From Octopus sinensis (lineage: Eukaryota), in assembly GCF_006345805.1 (NCBI RefSeq), contig NC_043006.1, positions 82,646,001 to 82,710,000 on the forward strand: a DNA stretch of 64,000 nucleotides, read 5' to 3'. The translations under genes were made by a program, and so were the position numbers. Shown here piece after piece: positions 40,280-53,420 of the stretch (positions are counted from its first letter, which is position 1; the number at the start of each line of letters is the position of its first letter). The notes under the pieces were generated by a model that worked only from the letters and a program-made list of their open reading frames with translations, was not told the origin of the DNA and ran no database searches.

Positions 40280-41510
40280 AACCCAGGCCTAGTCTGAGCG
40301 GTGGTTATCCCTGAAAGGGAGGGCAGAGCTCGCAAGTGTGTTTATCGCATCTGTGATCACTTACCACCTAACCGTCGTACCTTGCCCCGTGGCCAGCAAG
40401 TTGGAACGATGCTCTTTCGCTTTTTGGGGAAAGGCAGAGGGCCGCTTGTAAGGCGCTTAATCTGCTGCCAACACCAGCTAAAGGGTGGGCTAGAGATACC
40501 ATGGCTGTTAATGCACAGAGGCTGAGTCATCTTTGGCTCTACCTGGATGGTGAGCGGGTGTCGTCTCTGTTCGTCAAGCTGATACTTCTCCGATTCACTA
40601 GTTTCATTGAATCAGAGCCTTGGATCAAGCGTAGACCTAAGTTGGGAGCGTGGAAGGCCGAATATCTGCAGCCTCTCGCACGTCTCTCCCGGACGACTAA
40701 TGCCGGTGGCGAGATTTCCATTTCATCATTCTACAGAGGGTTAGTAGAGGCCAAGTATGACGATGGCCTGGGGAAACCCTTGGCTTCGACGATAGTCAGC
40801 TTGCGGGAAGTGGCTTTGGATAACTTCCAAAGATCACTGGCTTGGCAATGTTACCGAAGAACCTTACCAGTTCAAGATTAACTCGCAAGGAATGGCTCTT
40901 CGTGCCAGCCCACTTGCCCAAGATGCAGGCAGAGCAGTGAGACTGTTCTGCACGCTATTGTGCAGTGTCCGAAACTATCAGAGTTGTGGGTTTATGTTGT
41001 CACATTTGGGAGGAGTACAGCTGTGCTCCGAGTCAATTATAAAATTGTTGCACCGTCCTCTCTGAAAGGGGAAGGGAAGGTTCTGTTTTCTCACTGTAGT
41101 AGCAATTGTGGAAGAGGTCGTATGGATATCTCGCATGAAAGTAGTAGTGACAGGCGACTATATCTCCAGCCGGTGGTTGGTAAACTGTTTGTTTCCCAAC
41201 TGAAAAGGAAAATAAGGTTGGAGAGGAGTCGCCTACGACTAAGTATATACGAGAAAAGATGGATGAAAGTGGCATACTTGTTGAGAATGTATGTAGCTTC
41301 TAAAGAGAGGACAAAAGGATTATTTAATGGTTCAGTAGTAGAACGTGGTCTGTGGGGTCAGCCACGTCCACCACTTCATCATAATCATTCGTTGTCATCA
41401 TTTTTTCTCAGATTTTTGAAATTTTTAATGTTCATTAAAAACGGAACGAATCACTCCGACCCTTTGTATGTCCCTCCTGTGTGCAACCCTTGTGGTCAAT
41501 TAAAACCAAT
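40280..41510 (+). mobile_element. Tx1/L1-like element: ORF2 C-terminal remnant and 3' UTR
   Basis: FYRGLVEAKYDD...LDNFQRSLAWQCYRRTLPV...CPRC...ETVLHAIVQC; homologous to 20690-21493. Confidence 0.8.
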
Positions 41511-41522
41511 TCGTGCCCTCTC

Positions 41523-42475
41523 ACTTTTTCGAGTTTGGCTGGTTTTTGCGATAAAGTTCTGTTTATTGTAATTGTTGAATTTTTGTTGAACTGCTTTTGT
41601 TATCGTGTTGTTAAAACACTTTGTTTGTTCTGCGCTGTTGCAGACACGCTGACATCCCCCTCCCTCACTTGTTTGAAGGGGGAAATACTCAATTGTGTTT
41701 TGTTAAAAAAAAATCGATGGTGATATTACTGGACGTGAGTTCAACTGACGTCGATTCCTCTAAAGAGGAATTGTCTGTGTGTTAAAATTTTGGATAAAAT
41801 AATACAGAAGGAAAACAACGACAATATGATTGAAGCAAAAAAGTAAGCAATTTCGCAGCGATGACTAGCCTCACCAACGAATATCGAAAGGAATTAACTT
41901 GATAAATTTAAAGGTCTTCTTCATAAGGAGGAGCGCGATCGAATTGACTAATTACAACTTCTCGAAAAACGGTGATTTTTAAAATCCTCTCTATGAAAAA
42001 CAAAAGGCTCGACATGGTGACGAAAGAAGAGCTGAAAATTGTGTCTGAGGCCTATCTGGAAAGATATAGTATATCTTGCCAGGGGCAAACGTTTTGCGAT
42101 GGTGGAAGTGCAGTTCTCATCCGAAGATGTTGCCAGGCAACACTCTACGACCCCGCTGAAAACTAATGAAGTGGTCTTCCTACTTACATACCTGAGTATA
42201 CGTACTTCCAAGGTTAAGGAAGGAGGATATTCCATCAGAGGTCGACGTTGCCTGACTGGTGGCGGCAATCACCTTAGGTTTAGAGGAAAAAATAATCCTC
42301 CAAGCAACCAAAATCAAACAGCAGAACTGGCAGGAACAGAGATTAGAAATGCTAATCGAGGCTGCCCCTGCGGACTTCGAGGAGATTGTTGACACAATAC
42401 TGGTGGGTGAAGACACCAAGCTAAGAGTTATGGTGGAGGGTAGAAAGCCTTGTTGTTTTAAGTGCGGACATTCAT
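41523..42475 (+). mobile_element. Tx1/L1-like element 5' end with decayed ORF1
   Basis: YLARGKRFAMVEVQF...KLRVMVEGRKPCCFKCGH; homologous to 21785-23092. Confidence 0.75.
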
Positions 42476-42667
42476 ATTTTTGTGTGTGATGTTCTGGTCT
42501 GGTGCATTTTGCTCATCATTATACATTCCTTCGGTTTGGGTTTGTTGTCTTTCGTTGTTTACTTCGTTTTTGATGGATGTGTTAGTCTGTTTTCGTATTT
42601 TATAGTCCCAGTGATTGGGATATTACGTTTATATCGATTGGGACAGTCATATCAATGAGGAGGCATG

Positions 42668-42745
<78 letters not shown>

Positions 42746-42792
42746 TTTACTATTATTATTACTATTATTATTATTATTACTATTATTATTAC

Positions 42793-42849
<57 letters not shown>

Positions 42850-43135
42850 CATACACTCAACAGATTAGACTGTTGGAAAAGAAAAGAAACCTAACATCGG
42901 GCTACAACAAGTAGATTTAGATGCCAAGAACCTTCATAAGTACTTTAGCTGTCCCTAATAACACTGTTTTCCGCAGCTGTACTTCACTGGGTTTTATACC
43001 TATTTCCTTTATCCAGCTGTTCACATCTTTAGGGATAGTTCCCAATGCACCTATAACTACTGGGATAAATTTTACCCGCTCTTTCCATAGTCTTTGTAAT
43101 TCATTAGCTAGGTTCTGTTACTTTGCTATTCTGCC
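42668..43135 (-). mobile_element. Dong/R4 3' fragment ending in a long (TAA)n tract
   Basis: Minus strand: ELQRLWKERVKFIPVVIGALGTIPK...KTVLLGTAKVLMKVL; (TTA)n at 42668-42849. Confidence 0.8.
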
Positions 43136-43270
43136 TATACTTCACCTGGGACAGAGAAACGCACTGTATTAAAATAATCACATCAGATTGTTCATTTACA
43201 AAATCATGTAATAGAGATGTGAGTGTTATTTTCATTTTTGCGTAATTTAGACGACAATTTATTCACCGCA

Positions 43271-43315
<45 letters not shown>

Positions 43316-43410
43316 TAATCCATACAAGGAAGCACAAAAAACACAACAACGCGAGGACGTGGAACAAATATAGTATTATTGGACGCTCAGGTAAGAAGGA
43401 AAGAAGGAGG

Positions 43411-43445
43411 GTTTAACGTTTCGAGCGGAGCTCTTCGTCGGAAAC
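43411..43445 (-). ncRNA. Ultra-minimal hammerhead-like motif in an inverted pLTR-like segment
   Basis: Minus strand: gttt-CCGACGAA-gagc tcc gctc-GAAA-cGUU-aaac; AACGUU palindrome replaces stem III. Confidence 0.55.
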
Positions 43446-43519
43446 ATAGGAGAAGGAAAGATCCAGAGAAAGGAAGACAGAGGAAAAAAATCGCTAACGG
43501 TATACACGAGGTTACATTT

Positions 43520-46090
43520 TGAAAGCAAAAATTTGAAGCCCCAAATGTCGCCAGATCAATCCAGCCAAATCCGAGATCGGTTTGGCGAGCAAACACATAT
43601 TAAGAGATATCAATAACAGCATAAGAAGACCCACCAACCTTTCCCTGTAACGCAGCACCAGCGAAGTGACCGCATGGTTTAACACCTACAAGGGAAGAGG
43701 CAAAGCAAGGTTCACCCAATTTGTTATAGTCGATCTTTACCCGTCTATATCAAAAGGGCTACTGACCAAGGCGCTTTCTTTCACTAGGGGCTTCGCCAGC
43801 ATTAGCGACAGAGATGTAGAAATTATCAAGACAGTGCTGTTCAACAAAGGTTCGGCATGGGTCAAGCAATCCGACCCTACGGGCTCCTTTGACGTAGCTA
43901 TGGGAGTCCACGACGGCGCTGTTGTATGCGATCTCATCGGGTTGTGTATTCTAGATAACCTTAGGAAAAAGTTCCTCTCTTCCGCTTTTTGCATCTACAG
44001 AGATGGCGCCCTGGCCATCTCTTAGACAGCAAGCGGGCATACACTAGGCAGGATTAAAAAAGACACTTAATCAGTACGCTTGCCTTCTTGAGATTGAAGA
44101 TCAGCATAAAGACCAACTTCACGTTCAACTTGGGCGCCGGTACTTACAGGCCCTATCGCAAACCAAACGAGAAGCTAACGTACATCAACATTGCCTCCTG
44201 CCACCCACCCATCCTGTTCAAGAACCTCGTAGAGGGTGTTTAGTAAGAAGATTACGAGCCTTTCCTCCAACCAAGAGGCTTTCGATGCAGCGGCCCCGTA
44301 CTATAACGAGGCCCTCGTTGACAACGGATTTAGGGACCGCATCACCTACATGCCAAAACCCAACAGCCGCAGAAATACCATTTAGTTTGCTTCCTCACCA
44401 CTTCTCCCTTAACACAATAACGTCCGTAAGTAGACTATTCCTTAAGTTAGTAGACAAGCATTTCACTAGCTCTCATAGGTACGGGCTCATCTTCAACAGG
44501 CACAACGTTAGGGTCTCGTTTAGCTGTGCCCCCAGTAGTAAGAGTATTGTAGTTAGTGCCCCTAAGCCACAGGAAGAGGCAGGTTGTTCATGCAGGGACC
44601 GCAACAGTTGCTCGACAGGAGGCTTCTGCGAACCCAAAGGGGTCGTCTATCAAGCCGAAGTATTAGTGAACCCTGGCAATACCACCGGCAGAAGTAATAG
44701 CAGCCAATAGATATGAGAACAGAACCAACAACACCACCACCATCGCCGCAGTTGACAGCATTAACAACGTTAGCAACAGCAGCATCACAGACAGCATTGG
44801 CAGTCCTCCCGTTGGCAGCATCACTAACAACAACAACAGCAGCATCACCACCAACACCAACCTTACCAATAACTTCTCTGACGTCCACAGTAGCAGACCT
44901 GAAATCCCCTATAGAAGCAGCAACAGATCCAGTGCCAACGTCAGCCGTAACGGCAGTAGCAGCAGTAGCAGCAGCAGCAGCAGTGGCCCTAGCAGAAGCA
45001 CCGGCGTAACCACGACTAATGTCACCCCTAGCAACAGTGGCAGCTCCCCCACCATTCGTGAAGACCGCAATAATAACAACAATAACAGCAATATTAACAA
45101 CAACAGCGCCTTAACCGTAACCGGCAGTGGCGGTAGCATTGCTGACGCCACCACTACCTCTAAGAACGTCAACACCAGCAGAGCCAGCCAGCTGAAACAT
45201 TCCGTGAGGAATAGGAATTGGAAGGATAGCTATTTCCAAACAACAGCAGCAACAGCGACAACAGGTGGAACATCGACAACACGCGCAGTGGCGATAATAT
45301 TACCGTCGTCACCACCACATTCAGCGACGCTAACACCAGCAGCCCCAGCTCCAGTAACAACAATAACAGCAGCAACAGCAGGAGGCGAAATGCCCCAGTG
45401 GTTAGGGCAGCGGACACGCGGTCGGAGGATCGCAGTTTCGATTCCCAGACCGGGCGTTGTGTGTGTTTATTGAGCGAAAACACCTAAAAGCCCCACGAGG
45501 CTCCGGCAGGGGGTGGTGGCGACTCCTGTTGTACTCTTTCGCTCCAACTTTCTCTCACTCTTTCTTCCTGTTTCTTGTCCTCGACTTCCTACGCAACCGC
45601 TGAGCCTTGATGCGCATTCATCCATCCGTCGATGCTCTCGGTGTCGGGGGTTGACCTGCTTTCTCTTCTGCGGGTCTTACGAATAGCAAAGGACCACGTT
45701 TCGGACTTCTCCCACTAATGGGACGAAGACCGCTTCGCTCAACAAACAAGCAGCAACAACAGCAACAAGTGCAGCACCGACAACATGCGCCTACGGAAAT
45801 GCATTGAATGTACTGGGAATTCTCTCAAGCAGCGTATCTCCAGCCATAGGTCCTCCTTCAGAGTTCTGGAAAGGAGGTACGTAACATCGCTGGCCAATCA
45901 CGTCTGGCAACTAAGAGACAATGGGATCTCATGGTCGATCTCATGGAAATTACTAGAGACCCCAGGCCCCTACATCAACGGGACGAAGCGTTGCAAGTTA
46001 TGCATAGCTGAACGCGCGAGCATCCTAAAAGATTCACTCGAACCAGGGAGCACCCCTAACTCCAGAACGGGGGTTTTAATTGTGTATTGA
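43520..46090 (+). mobile_element. Decayed Penelope-like element (Naiad-like RT plus GIY-YIG)
   Basis: DLYPSIS, FDVAMGVHDGAVVCDLIG, IYRDG; CSCRDRNSCSTGGFC..GVVYQAEV; LKQRISSHRSSF..TSLANHVWQL..RCKLCIAE. Confidence 0.85.
45381..45749 (+). mobile_element. tRNA-derived SINE nested in the PLE
   Basis: A-box-like cccagtggttaggg and B-box-like gtttcgattcc; (AACA)n tail; flanked by gcagcaaca repeats. Confidence 0.8.
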
Positions 46091-47309
46091 TATATGAAGA
46101 TTGTTACAGAGTTGAATTGTGATCCTTTTCGTTAGGTCTTCCAGTCAAATGAAGGCTTGTGGCTTAGTGATTAGGGTAGACGTCTTACGCTCGATAGGTT
46201 GTGAGCTCGCTTTCTGGTGGCGTGTTGTGTCCGTGAGCAAGACGCTTTATATCATGTTTCTATAGTCCACTGATCAACGTTGTTTATGTTTATGTTTGGA
46301 ACATTAGTATGTACTCATTTATTAGTCCATTAACATTTCGAGAGCTTTTTGACCTCATCATCAAAATGAAATAATGGTAATTATAACGTTGTTCGCACAC
46401 TATGCAATAGGTTGCGAAAGATCATGGCGATACTGCTATAACTATATTTTAAAACATCTGTATTTAATTTCTCTATAAAATTGTAGTATCATCAACTAAT
46501 GATTGTTGTTTTCTATTTAGTATTATTTCTTGTACTGTATAATAATGTATTGTGGTGACCTCTCGATTAAAAAGGAGACGAGTAATCATGGAATGTTCAC
46601 CAATAACAAAACGCAAACCAAGATCCAAGGCGGAGCTTCATTACGTGTAAAATAAACCCTAAAATCTACCAGAACAATTGTATTGTATAAGTTTTATGTA
46701 TGGAGTTGATTATTTTATTTCTGATAGTAGTATTCCCATAATTCTTAGCAAATTACTGTCAAGGATGTGCATATATTATCCCTTTTATCCTTTCATTCTG
46801 TTTGAGAAAAGAAATAACGTACCTGTCTTCTGACGAGCAATCAACAAACTGGAACTCAGAAAGAATTATCATCGTTTCATTCTGATGATGAGGCTAACAA
46901 GAATGGAAAAGACTAATGGATTTAGCAACACTATTGTTCCAAACATAATTGTCTAGTAAAAGAAATAAAAAAGAAACGCCTTCATAAAAACACTTTTTCA
47001 TCCAATTCATTAATTTTTTCATCTTTTCATTCATTCTTTGTTTCTTTTTTCATTTTCATTTTGTTTTCCTCTTTCCTTTCTTCCTCATTGCATCTATTTC
47101 TGTATTTCTTTTTCCTTTCTATTTTTGTTTCTTTGTTTCTTTATTTGTTTGCTTGTTGGTTTGTTGGTTTGTTTGTTTGTTTCTTTCTTTCTTTCTTATC
47201 CACTGTCTTTATCTCTCCTTTTAGCCATCTTTGTATCATCTTAAATTTATTTTAACAGATCATGTTTAATTAACAGCTTCTTTAATTTACTTATATTTTC
47301 ATTCTTCAG

Positions 47310-47606
47310 AAGAACATATCTATCTTGAAAATGGATGTAGAAAACGATGAATGGAACTCCTTGATTAAGGCAATGTCTGATGGTGAACTAGATCACGTGA
47401 AACAGTTACTAGTTGAATTTCACTCATATTTTTCTGAAGCATCGAAGTGGAACGTTCACCGTAATGCTCTTAATGTTGTCAAGAAATTGATGGATCTTAA
47501 CTTCCGAATATTCTCGATAGAAAAGAATAATGCTTGCATTTATATAAGTGATAGAAATATTCTGTTGACCAAATGTTACAACGTTCATATGGTTAAAGTT
47601 AGTTAA
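47310..47606 (+). CDS. Last coding exon (6) of METTL24-like SAM-dependent methyltransferase
   Basis: Acceptor attcttcAG; KNISILKMDVENDEW...VKQLLVEFH...CYNVHMVKVS*. LKxDxE and QLLxEFH are FkbM/Methyltransf_22 motifs. Joined exons total 792 nt (263 aa). Confidence 0.92.
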   Translation, partial: KNISILKMDVENDEWNSLIKAMSDGELDHVKQLLVEFHSYFSEASKWNVHRNALNVVKKLMDLNFRIFSIEKNNACIYISDRNILLTKCYNVHMVKVS

Positions 47607-47662
47607 TATATATATATATATATATATATTAATCAAAATAAAAACATGATGCCAAGAATTCA

Positions 47663-47740
47663 GCGGTACATATCTTTCGGGCCTTTATTAGACGGATTTA
47701 TAACAATGCATAATGTGTGTCTATGGCCTTCTTCAGCCGC
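47663..47740 (-). ncRNA. Type I hammerhead ribozyme (inverted pLTR copy)
   Basis: Reverse complement of 50623-50700. Confidence 0.75.
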
Positions 47741-49265
47741 GCACAATTACTACTTCAAGGACATGTATTACATCATAAATTCTACGTTGGGGATGCAAAT
47801 CCTCTCAGTCGCGTACGACATAGTGGGGCACCAGCACAAAAATGAAGCGTCCATCTCGTCTTTCACTCAATGTAGAATGAGGGAGCTTGGATGTTGAGGT
47901 AATATAAATAAATAAATGAATAAATAAATATATAAATACACACAGACGTGAAAGAACCTGGTAATAAAAATAAATAGGGATAAAGATAGAGGGGCGAGAA
48001 TTAAGGACGAAAGATAAAAAAATATAAAAATATAAAAAGATAAAAAATAAAAAAATAAAAAATATAAATGTAGAAATATAAAAATATAAAAATATAAAGA
48101 AATATAAAAAAATATAAAAAAATATAAAGAAATATAAAAAAATATAAAAATATAACAGGATATAAAAAATATAAAAATATAAAAGAATATAAGGATAAGG
48201 GATATAAAGTGGTTACGAACTAACAAGGTGGTCAGAAAGATGACATATTCTGGTTGTAGAAGCCTAAGCGGTGGGTGTCATAAACCAACTGGAACGTCTG
48301 GTGAGTGTGTTAAACTGGGTACTCACCTCACATGAATATATTACGTTTTTAGCCCGACAATCTCCACCTACATAGGTTGCTCGACCTCCTGGAAATCCAG
48401 ATACTACAACCACGGTCCTCATTCAGGCATAGACACAAGGCTAGCAGCACCTCCCTATCTAAAAAAATTTGGAATTAAAATACAATAGCATAGGTTTCAA
48501 ACTCAGGTGGTCCATCATCGGATCAGCTGCACCTTATTTAAATAATAGAACAGGATGCCAGCTATGTTGTGTGGAACTCCTGAATATCTTGAAATTCAAG
48601 GAGAAACACAAACTAATTAATAAAAGATCTGAATTCAGGCCCTCTTTCAAATACTACAAAGCTTAGGCTATTATACCTACTTCCCCATGCAATATCCTCC
48701 CATCCAAGTACAACTTGTCAGCTCCAGCACATCCCGTTTTTTTTCCTATATATATATTTTGTCTCCTATATATATTTTTTTCCTATATATTTCTTTTCTA
48801 TATCTATCTTTTTCCTATATATATATTTTATTTCCCTATATCTATACCTTTTTCCATTTCTAGCTTTGATGTTGAGCGAACACCCCCGAACCCCGCTTCC
48901 CACCCTTTCACTTATGACTACTCCGTAATTTTCCCCTCCTCCCTGCCTCAGTTCCCCTCCCCGCCCCTGGGTGGTCACCTTTAACACACACCTGTACCTT
49001 TACCTTTGCAACCACCTTTTATTTTACCTTCATTTCATGTTAATCTTTACTCGATTACCTTTGTTTTATTTTATTTTTTTATTTCTAATTTTTAACTTTA
49101 TCCTTATTTTTACTTCTATTTTTACCCCTATTTTATCAATTTTTTTTCTCTATGTATGTCTATTTTTAGTTCTTTTTCCTTATATCCTTATCTATGTATT
49201 TGTATGTATATCTGTATATGTGTGTGAGTATGAATATGTATGTGTGTGTATGTGTATATATACAT

Positions 49266-49321
<56 letters not shown>

Positions 49322-49488
49322 GTGCGTACGTCTGTGTATATATATATGTATGTGTATATGCATATATAGACACACAGATATATGTATGTGCGTGTGGGTG
49401 TGTGTGTGTGTGGGTCCATGTGTATGTATATATGCGTGTGTGTATATATGTGTGTGTCTGTATATATATATACGTGTGTGTGTGTGTA

Positions 49489-49527
<39 letters not shown>

Positions 49528-50622
49528 TGTTATAATTTCTTACCGTCAGGTTTTTTACTTTCATGTCTACCTTTTGTGCCCATTATAATTCCGTATCTTG
49601 CCTGTGTGCGAGAATGGATCTACTTGTTTTACCTGTATCTGTGCATATGCATATATGCATATTTTTGTGTATATGCATAAGGATCTACTCCCCCATGTGT
49701 GTGGGTGTGGGCATGCATATTTTTGCCCATATGCATAGAGATTTACTTTGTCTTGTGAATGAGTGTGAGTGCGAGTGTGTCTGTATGTACGCATGTACGT
49801 ATATGTATATACGTACGTATGCGTGTCAGTTCGTGTACCCAACTATATGCGCCTTTTCCCGTTTGTATGTGTATATTTTTACACGAGAGTACGTATGTAT
49901 GCATGTATGTATGTGGATGTGTATGCGTGCGTATATGTATGCGTGTATATGTGTATATGTATCCATGCGTGTACGTATGTACATGTTGACCACTAGACAA
50001 TTTACGAGGAAATAGATAAGCGGTTTAACCACAAACCAGACAGCCCTAACCTACCATATACTGGGTACCCAGACGTTCCAGTTGGTTTATGACACCCACC
50101 GCTTAGGCTTCTACAACCAGAATATGTCATCTTTCTGACCACCTTGTTAGTTCGTAACCACTTTATATCCCTTATCCTTATATTCTTTTATATTTTTATA
50201 TTTTTATATCCTTTTATATTTTTATATTTTTATATTTTTATATTCTTTTATATTTTTATATTTCTTTATATTTTTATATTTTTATATTTCTACATTTATA
50301 TTTTTTATTTTTTTATTTTTTATCTTTTTATATTTTTATATTTTTTTATCTTTCGTCCTTAATTCTCGCCCCTCTGTATTTATCCCTATTTATTTTTATT
50401 ACCAGGTTCTTTCACGTCTGTGTGTATTTATATATTTATTTATTCATTTATATATTTATATTACCTCAACATCCAAGCTCCCTCATTCTACATTGAGTGA
50501 AAGACGAGATGGACGCTTCATTTTTGTGCTGGTGCCCCACTATGTCGTTCGCGACTGAGAGGATTTGCATCCCCAACGTAGAATTTATGATGTAATACAT
50601 GTCCTTGAAGTAGTAATTGTGC

Positions 50623-50700
50623 GCGGCTGAAGAAGGCCATAGACACACATTATGCATTGTTATAAATTCGTCTAATAAAGGCCCGAAAGATATGTACCGC
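50623..50700 (+). ncRNA. Type I hammerhead ribozyme with long stem II
   Basis: gcgg-CUGAAGA-aggcc atagac...gtcta ataa aggccc-GAAA-gatat-GUA-ccgc; stem III has a G.G mismatch. Confidence 0.75.
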
Positions 50701-50856
50701 TGAATTCTTGGCATCATGTTTTTATTTTGATTAATTTACTCCACCACCTACACCACTAAATGGTATATACAGGTGCTTACAATTATCAAGTACTCACGCT
50801 GAATTTATATATATATATATATATAATCAAATAAGTAACAGGATTTCAGGTATTAA

Positions 50857-50938
50857 TGCAATACGACCGTTTCAGGCGGTTCCATTTAATCGAACAATGC
50901 AGGCATTACATCAATTTAAATTGCCATCTTTAGTTGCA
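50857..50938 (-). ncRNA. Hammerhead motif with G5A core change (probably inactive)
   Basis: Minus strand: tgcaa-CUAAAGA-tggc...gcct-GAAA-cggtc-GUA-ttgca. Confidence 0.6.
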
Positions 50939-51024
50939 AAAAATGTGGATTTTCAACAGACAAGATATATTAATATAATTTTTCTCAAATATACCAGCAG
51001 AGCTACAGGATGAAAGAATTCACT

Positions 51025-51551
51025 ATTGTAGCTATTGTCACTATTGTAACAGAAATACGAGGTCTGATCAATAAGTATCCAGACTGTTGTCATAGTATCT
51101 AGCTAAAGTAGGCAGAGTAAAGCCGCTTGGCACAGACATTGAACGCAGCTGTGCAAAAACTTGTCGATATTGACAAACGTTCTGCACTATGTAGTGAAAG
51201 TAAGCTAGAACGTTAAATCGTTGTGCATATGTACAGCAGAATTCAAGATCGATCTGTGCCAAGCGGATTTACTCTACGTACTTTAGCTTTGTTACTATAG
51301 CAACATTCCAGATACTTATTCATCAGACCATGAACTCTGTTGTACATATGTACTACGATTTGACGTTCTAGCTTACTTTCACTACATAGTGCAGAACGTT
51401 TGTCAATATCGACAAGTTTTTGCACAGCTGCGTTCAATGTCTGTGCCAAGCGGCTTTACTCTGCCTACTTTAGCTCGATACTATGACAACAGCCTGGATA
51501 CTTATTGATCAGACCTCGTATTTCTGTTATAATAGTGACAATAGTTACAAT
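51025..51551. mobile_element. Mariner-derived MITE (51058-51330) plus an inverted duplicate of its left part and flank
   Basis: TIR (ta)cgaggtctgatcaataagtatcc seen three times; inversion extends about 33 bp beyond the TA. Confidence 0.8.
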
Positions 51552-52538
51552 TGCAGATTGTGAACAGCTGTACTGTTGCTTACAGACCGAACAGTCACAA
51601 ATTCATTGTCCTTCTGATGGTGAAAATAATAAGGCAATATTTTATGTATATGATGCTGAACAAATTTATAAGTGACTTCATCTGAAAAACACTGTTTTCT
51701 TCTTTTATTTTTCATATTTTGCATCTTTCAATCGTCGCACTGCGGTCATGCTAAGAGTACTTTCTTGTTGAGTATTGTCTAACAAATCAGTAACTGTACT
51801 TACTTGTTAAAAGTTTGGTACTTACTTTATCGTTCTCTTTTGATGAATTGCTAAGATAATGTACAAAAACTAATCGCCAAGTGGTGTGTGAAGGGGAACA
51901 AATATAAACGCACACACATATGTATGTACATTATATATATATATAAATATAAATATAAATATAAATATATATAATTAAGGAGGAGAGAAAACAAATTCAA
52001 AGGTCGATGTATATATTCATTCAATCCATATTAACGAAATTCTGCATGGTATAAATACATATATAGATGCATTCATCTGTATGATATATAAGATTTCATA
52101 GACATATAAAAATTTATAAACACATAAAAATTCATAGATATAAATATATTAAAATATAAGTCCATAAATGTACTTGCGAAGTCCGAATGTTCAAATTTCA
52201 ATCAATGAAGAGGATGATAAAGTGAATATAAAATGATTCATAAGAAATCTGGAACATGTATAAAATCTATGTATAAAGTCTTACGGCCGTTTCGAAAACA
52301 TATAGGATGCTATGGGCGAGCTAAATCCAACCATCGCAATACTTTATATATCTCTCATCATAGTTAATAGAATCATAAGGTTAAAGCTTTAGAAGAAATG
52401 GCGTTTTCTCTCCTCCTTAATTTTATATTCCTGAAGCTCTATCAGAGCGCTAATTGGTTGAGTTGTATAAAGTGGATATCTATATCACTTATTTCTTCAT
52501 TATATACATACATATATATATGTATGTAAGTATATATG

Positions 52539-52618
<80 letters not shown>

Positions 52619-52654
52619 ACTTACACGCACGCACACACACACACACACACACAT

Positions 52655-52703
<49 letters not shown>

Positions 52704-52789
52704 CATATTTATATAATGATGAACTTTATATAGTGCTCAGGTACACTACAACTCATCAGAAAAAGTATTCAAAACTGTATGAATCGTAC

Positions 52790-53420
52790 ATAGAATATGC
52801 ACAGTAAGTGAACACCGTGAGAGTCTTTTAGAAAAGAAAGGAAGAAGCAGAAACAGGGGTAAGGGGCGTCAGGTGTACTGTAAGCGAACTTCAAGAAGAA
52901 TAGAAGTTTTGAAGGACGTAGTGACTTGACAGCCGATAACAGATGGAGGTAATTTATTCCATGCTTCTACAATTGTGAGCGTAAAAAAATGTTTTTGAAA
53001 ATAATGGGTGCTGTGTTCTGTAAGCATGTCCACAAGTGTTAGACTTCTGGAATGCCAAACGTTGTTGGAAAGATAATGAATAATCTTGTAGGTATCTAGA
53101 AAGTCAGTTGCCCGATGTCGGAACTTTAATGTGTCCATGTTCACGGAAGCAAGATGTTCAGTGTACGGCAGATATTCGTCTGTTTGCACGTTTCTGAACA
53201 GTTTTCAGGAGACTTATGTGCCGAGCAAGATAAAAATTCTAAACTGGTGATGCAAACTCTAAATGTTGACGTACCATAGATATATGCAGCTTTAATTAGA
53301 TAGCTCTAGGGTGGCTGACATAGATCTTACTGAGTGATGCTGAGACACTCTCAGCTTTCTTGACTATCTTAGACGTAGTTTGTCCAATGCAGATTGTTGT
53401 TGACAATAGCACCCATCTCA
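52790..53420 (-). mobile_element. Old CR1-like LINE 3' fragment
   Basis: DFLDTYKII...KHFFTLTIVEAWNKLPPSVI...SFK. Confidence 0.75.

Larger units (their letters stand above)
47628..50805 (+). mobile_element. 5'-truncated Naiad-like PLE with inverted pLTRs of about 670 bp (47628-48301 / 50069-50735)
   Basis: Mirror ORFs on both strands; GIY-YIG remnant at 48350-48666 (YIGCSTSWKSRYYNH...LRWSIIGSAAPY...CQLCCVE...LINKRSE). Confidence 0.88.

Noticed and set aside
45385-45455. tRNA gene
   Set aside because: tRNA-like head of a SINE; no complete acceptor stem, and it continues into a SINE body and tail
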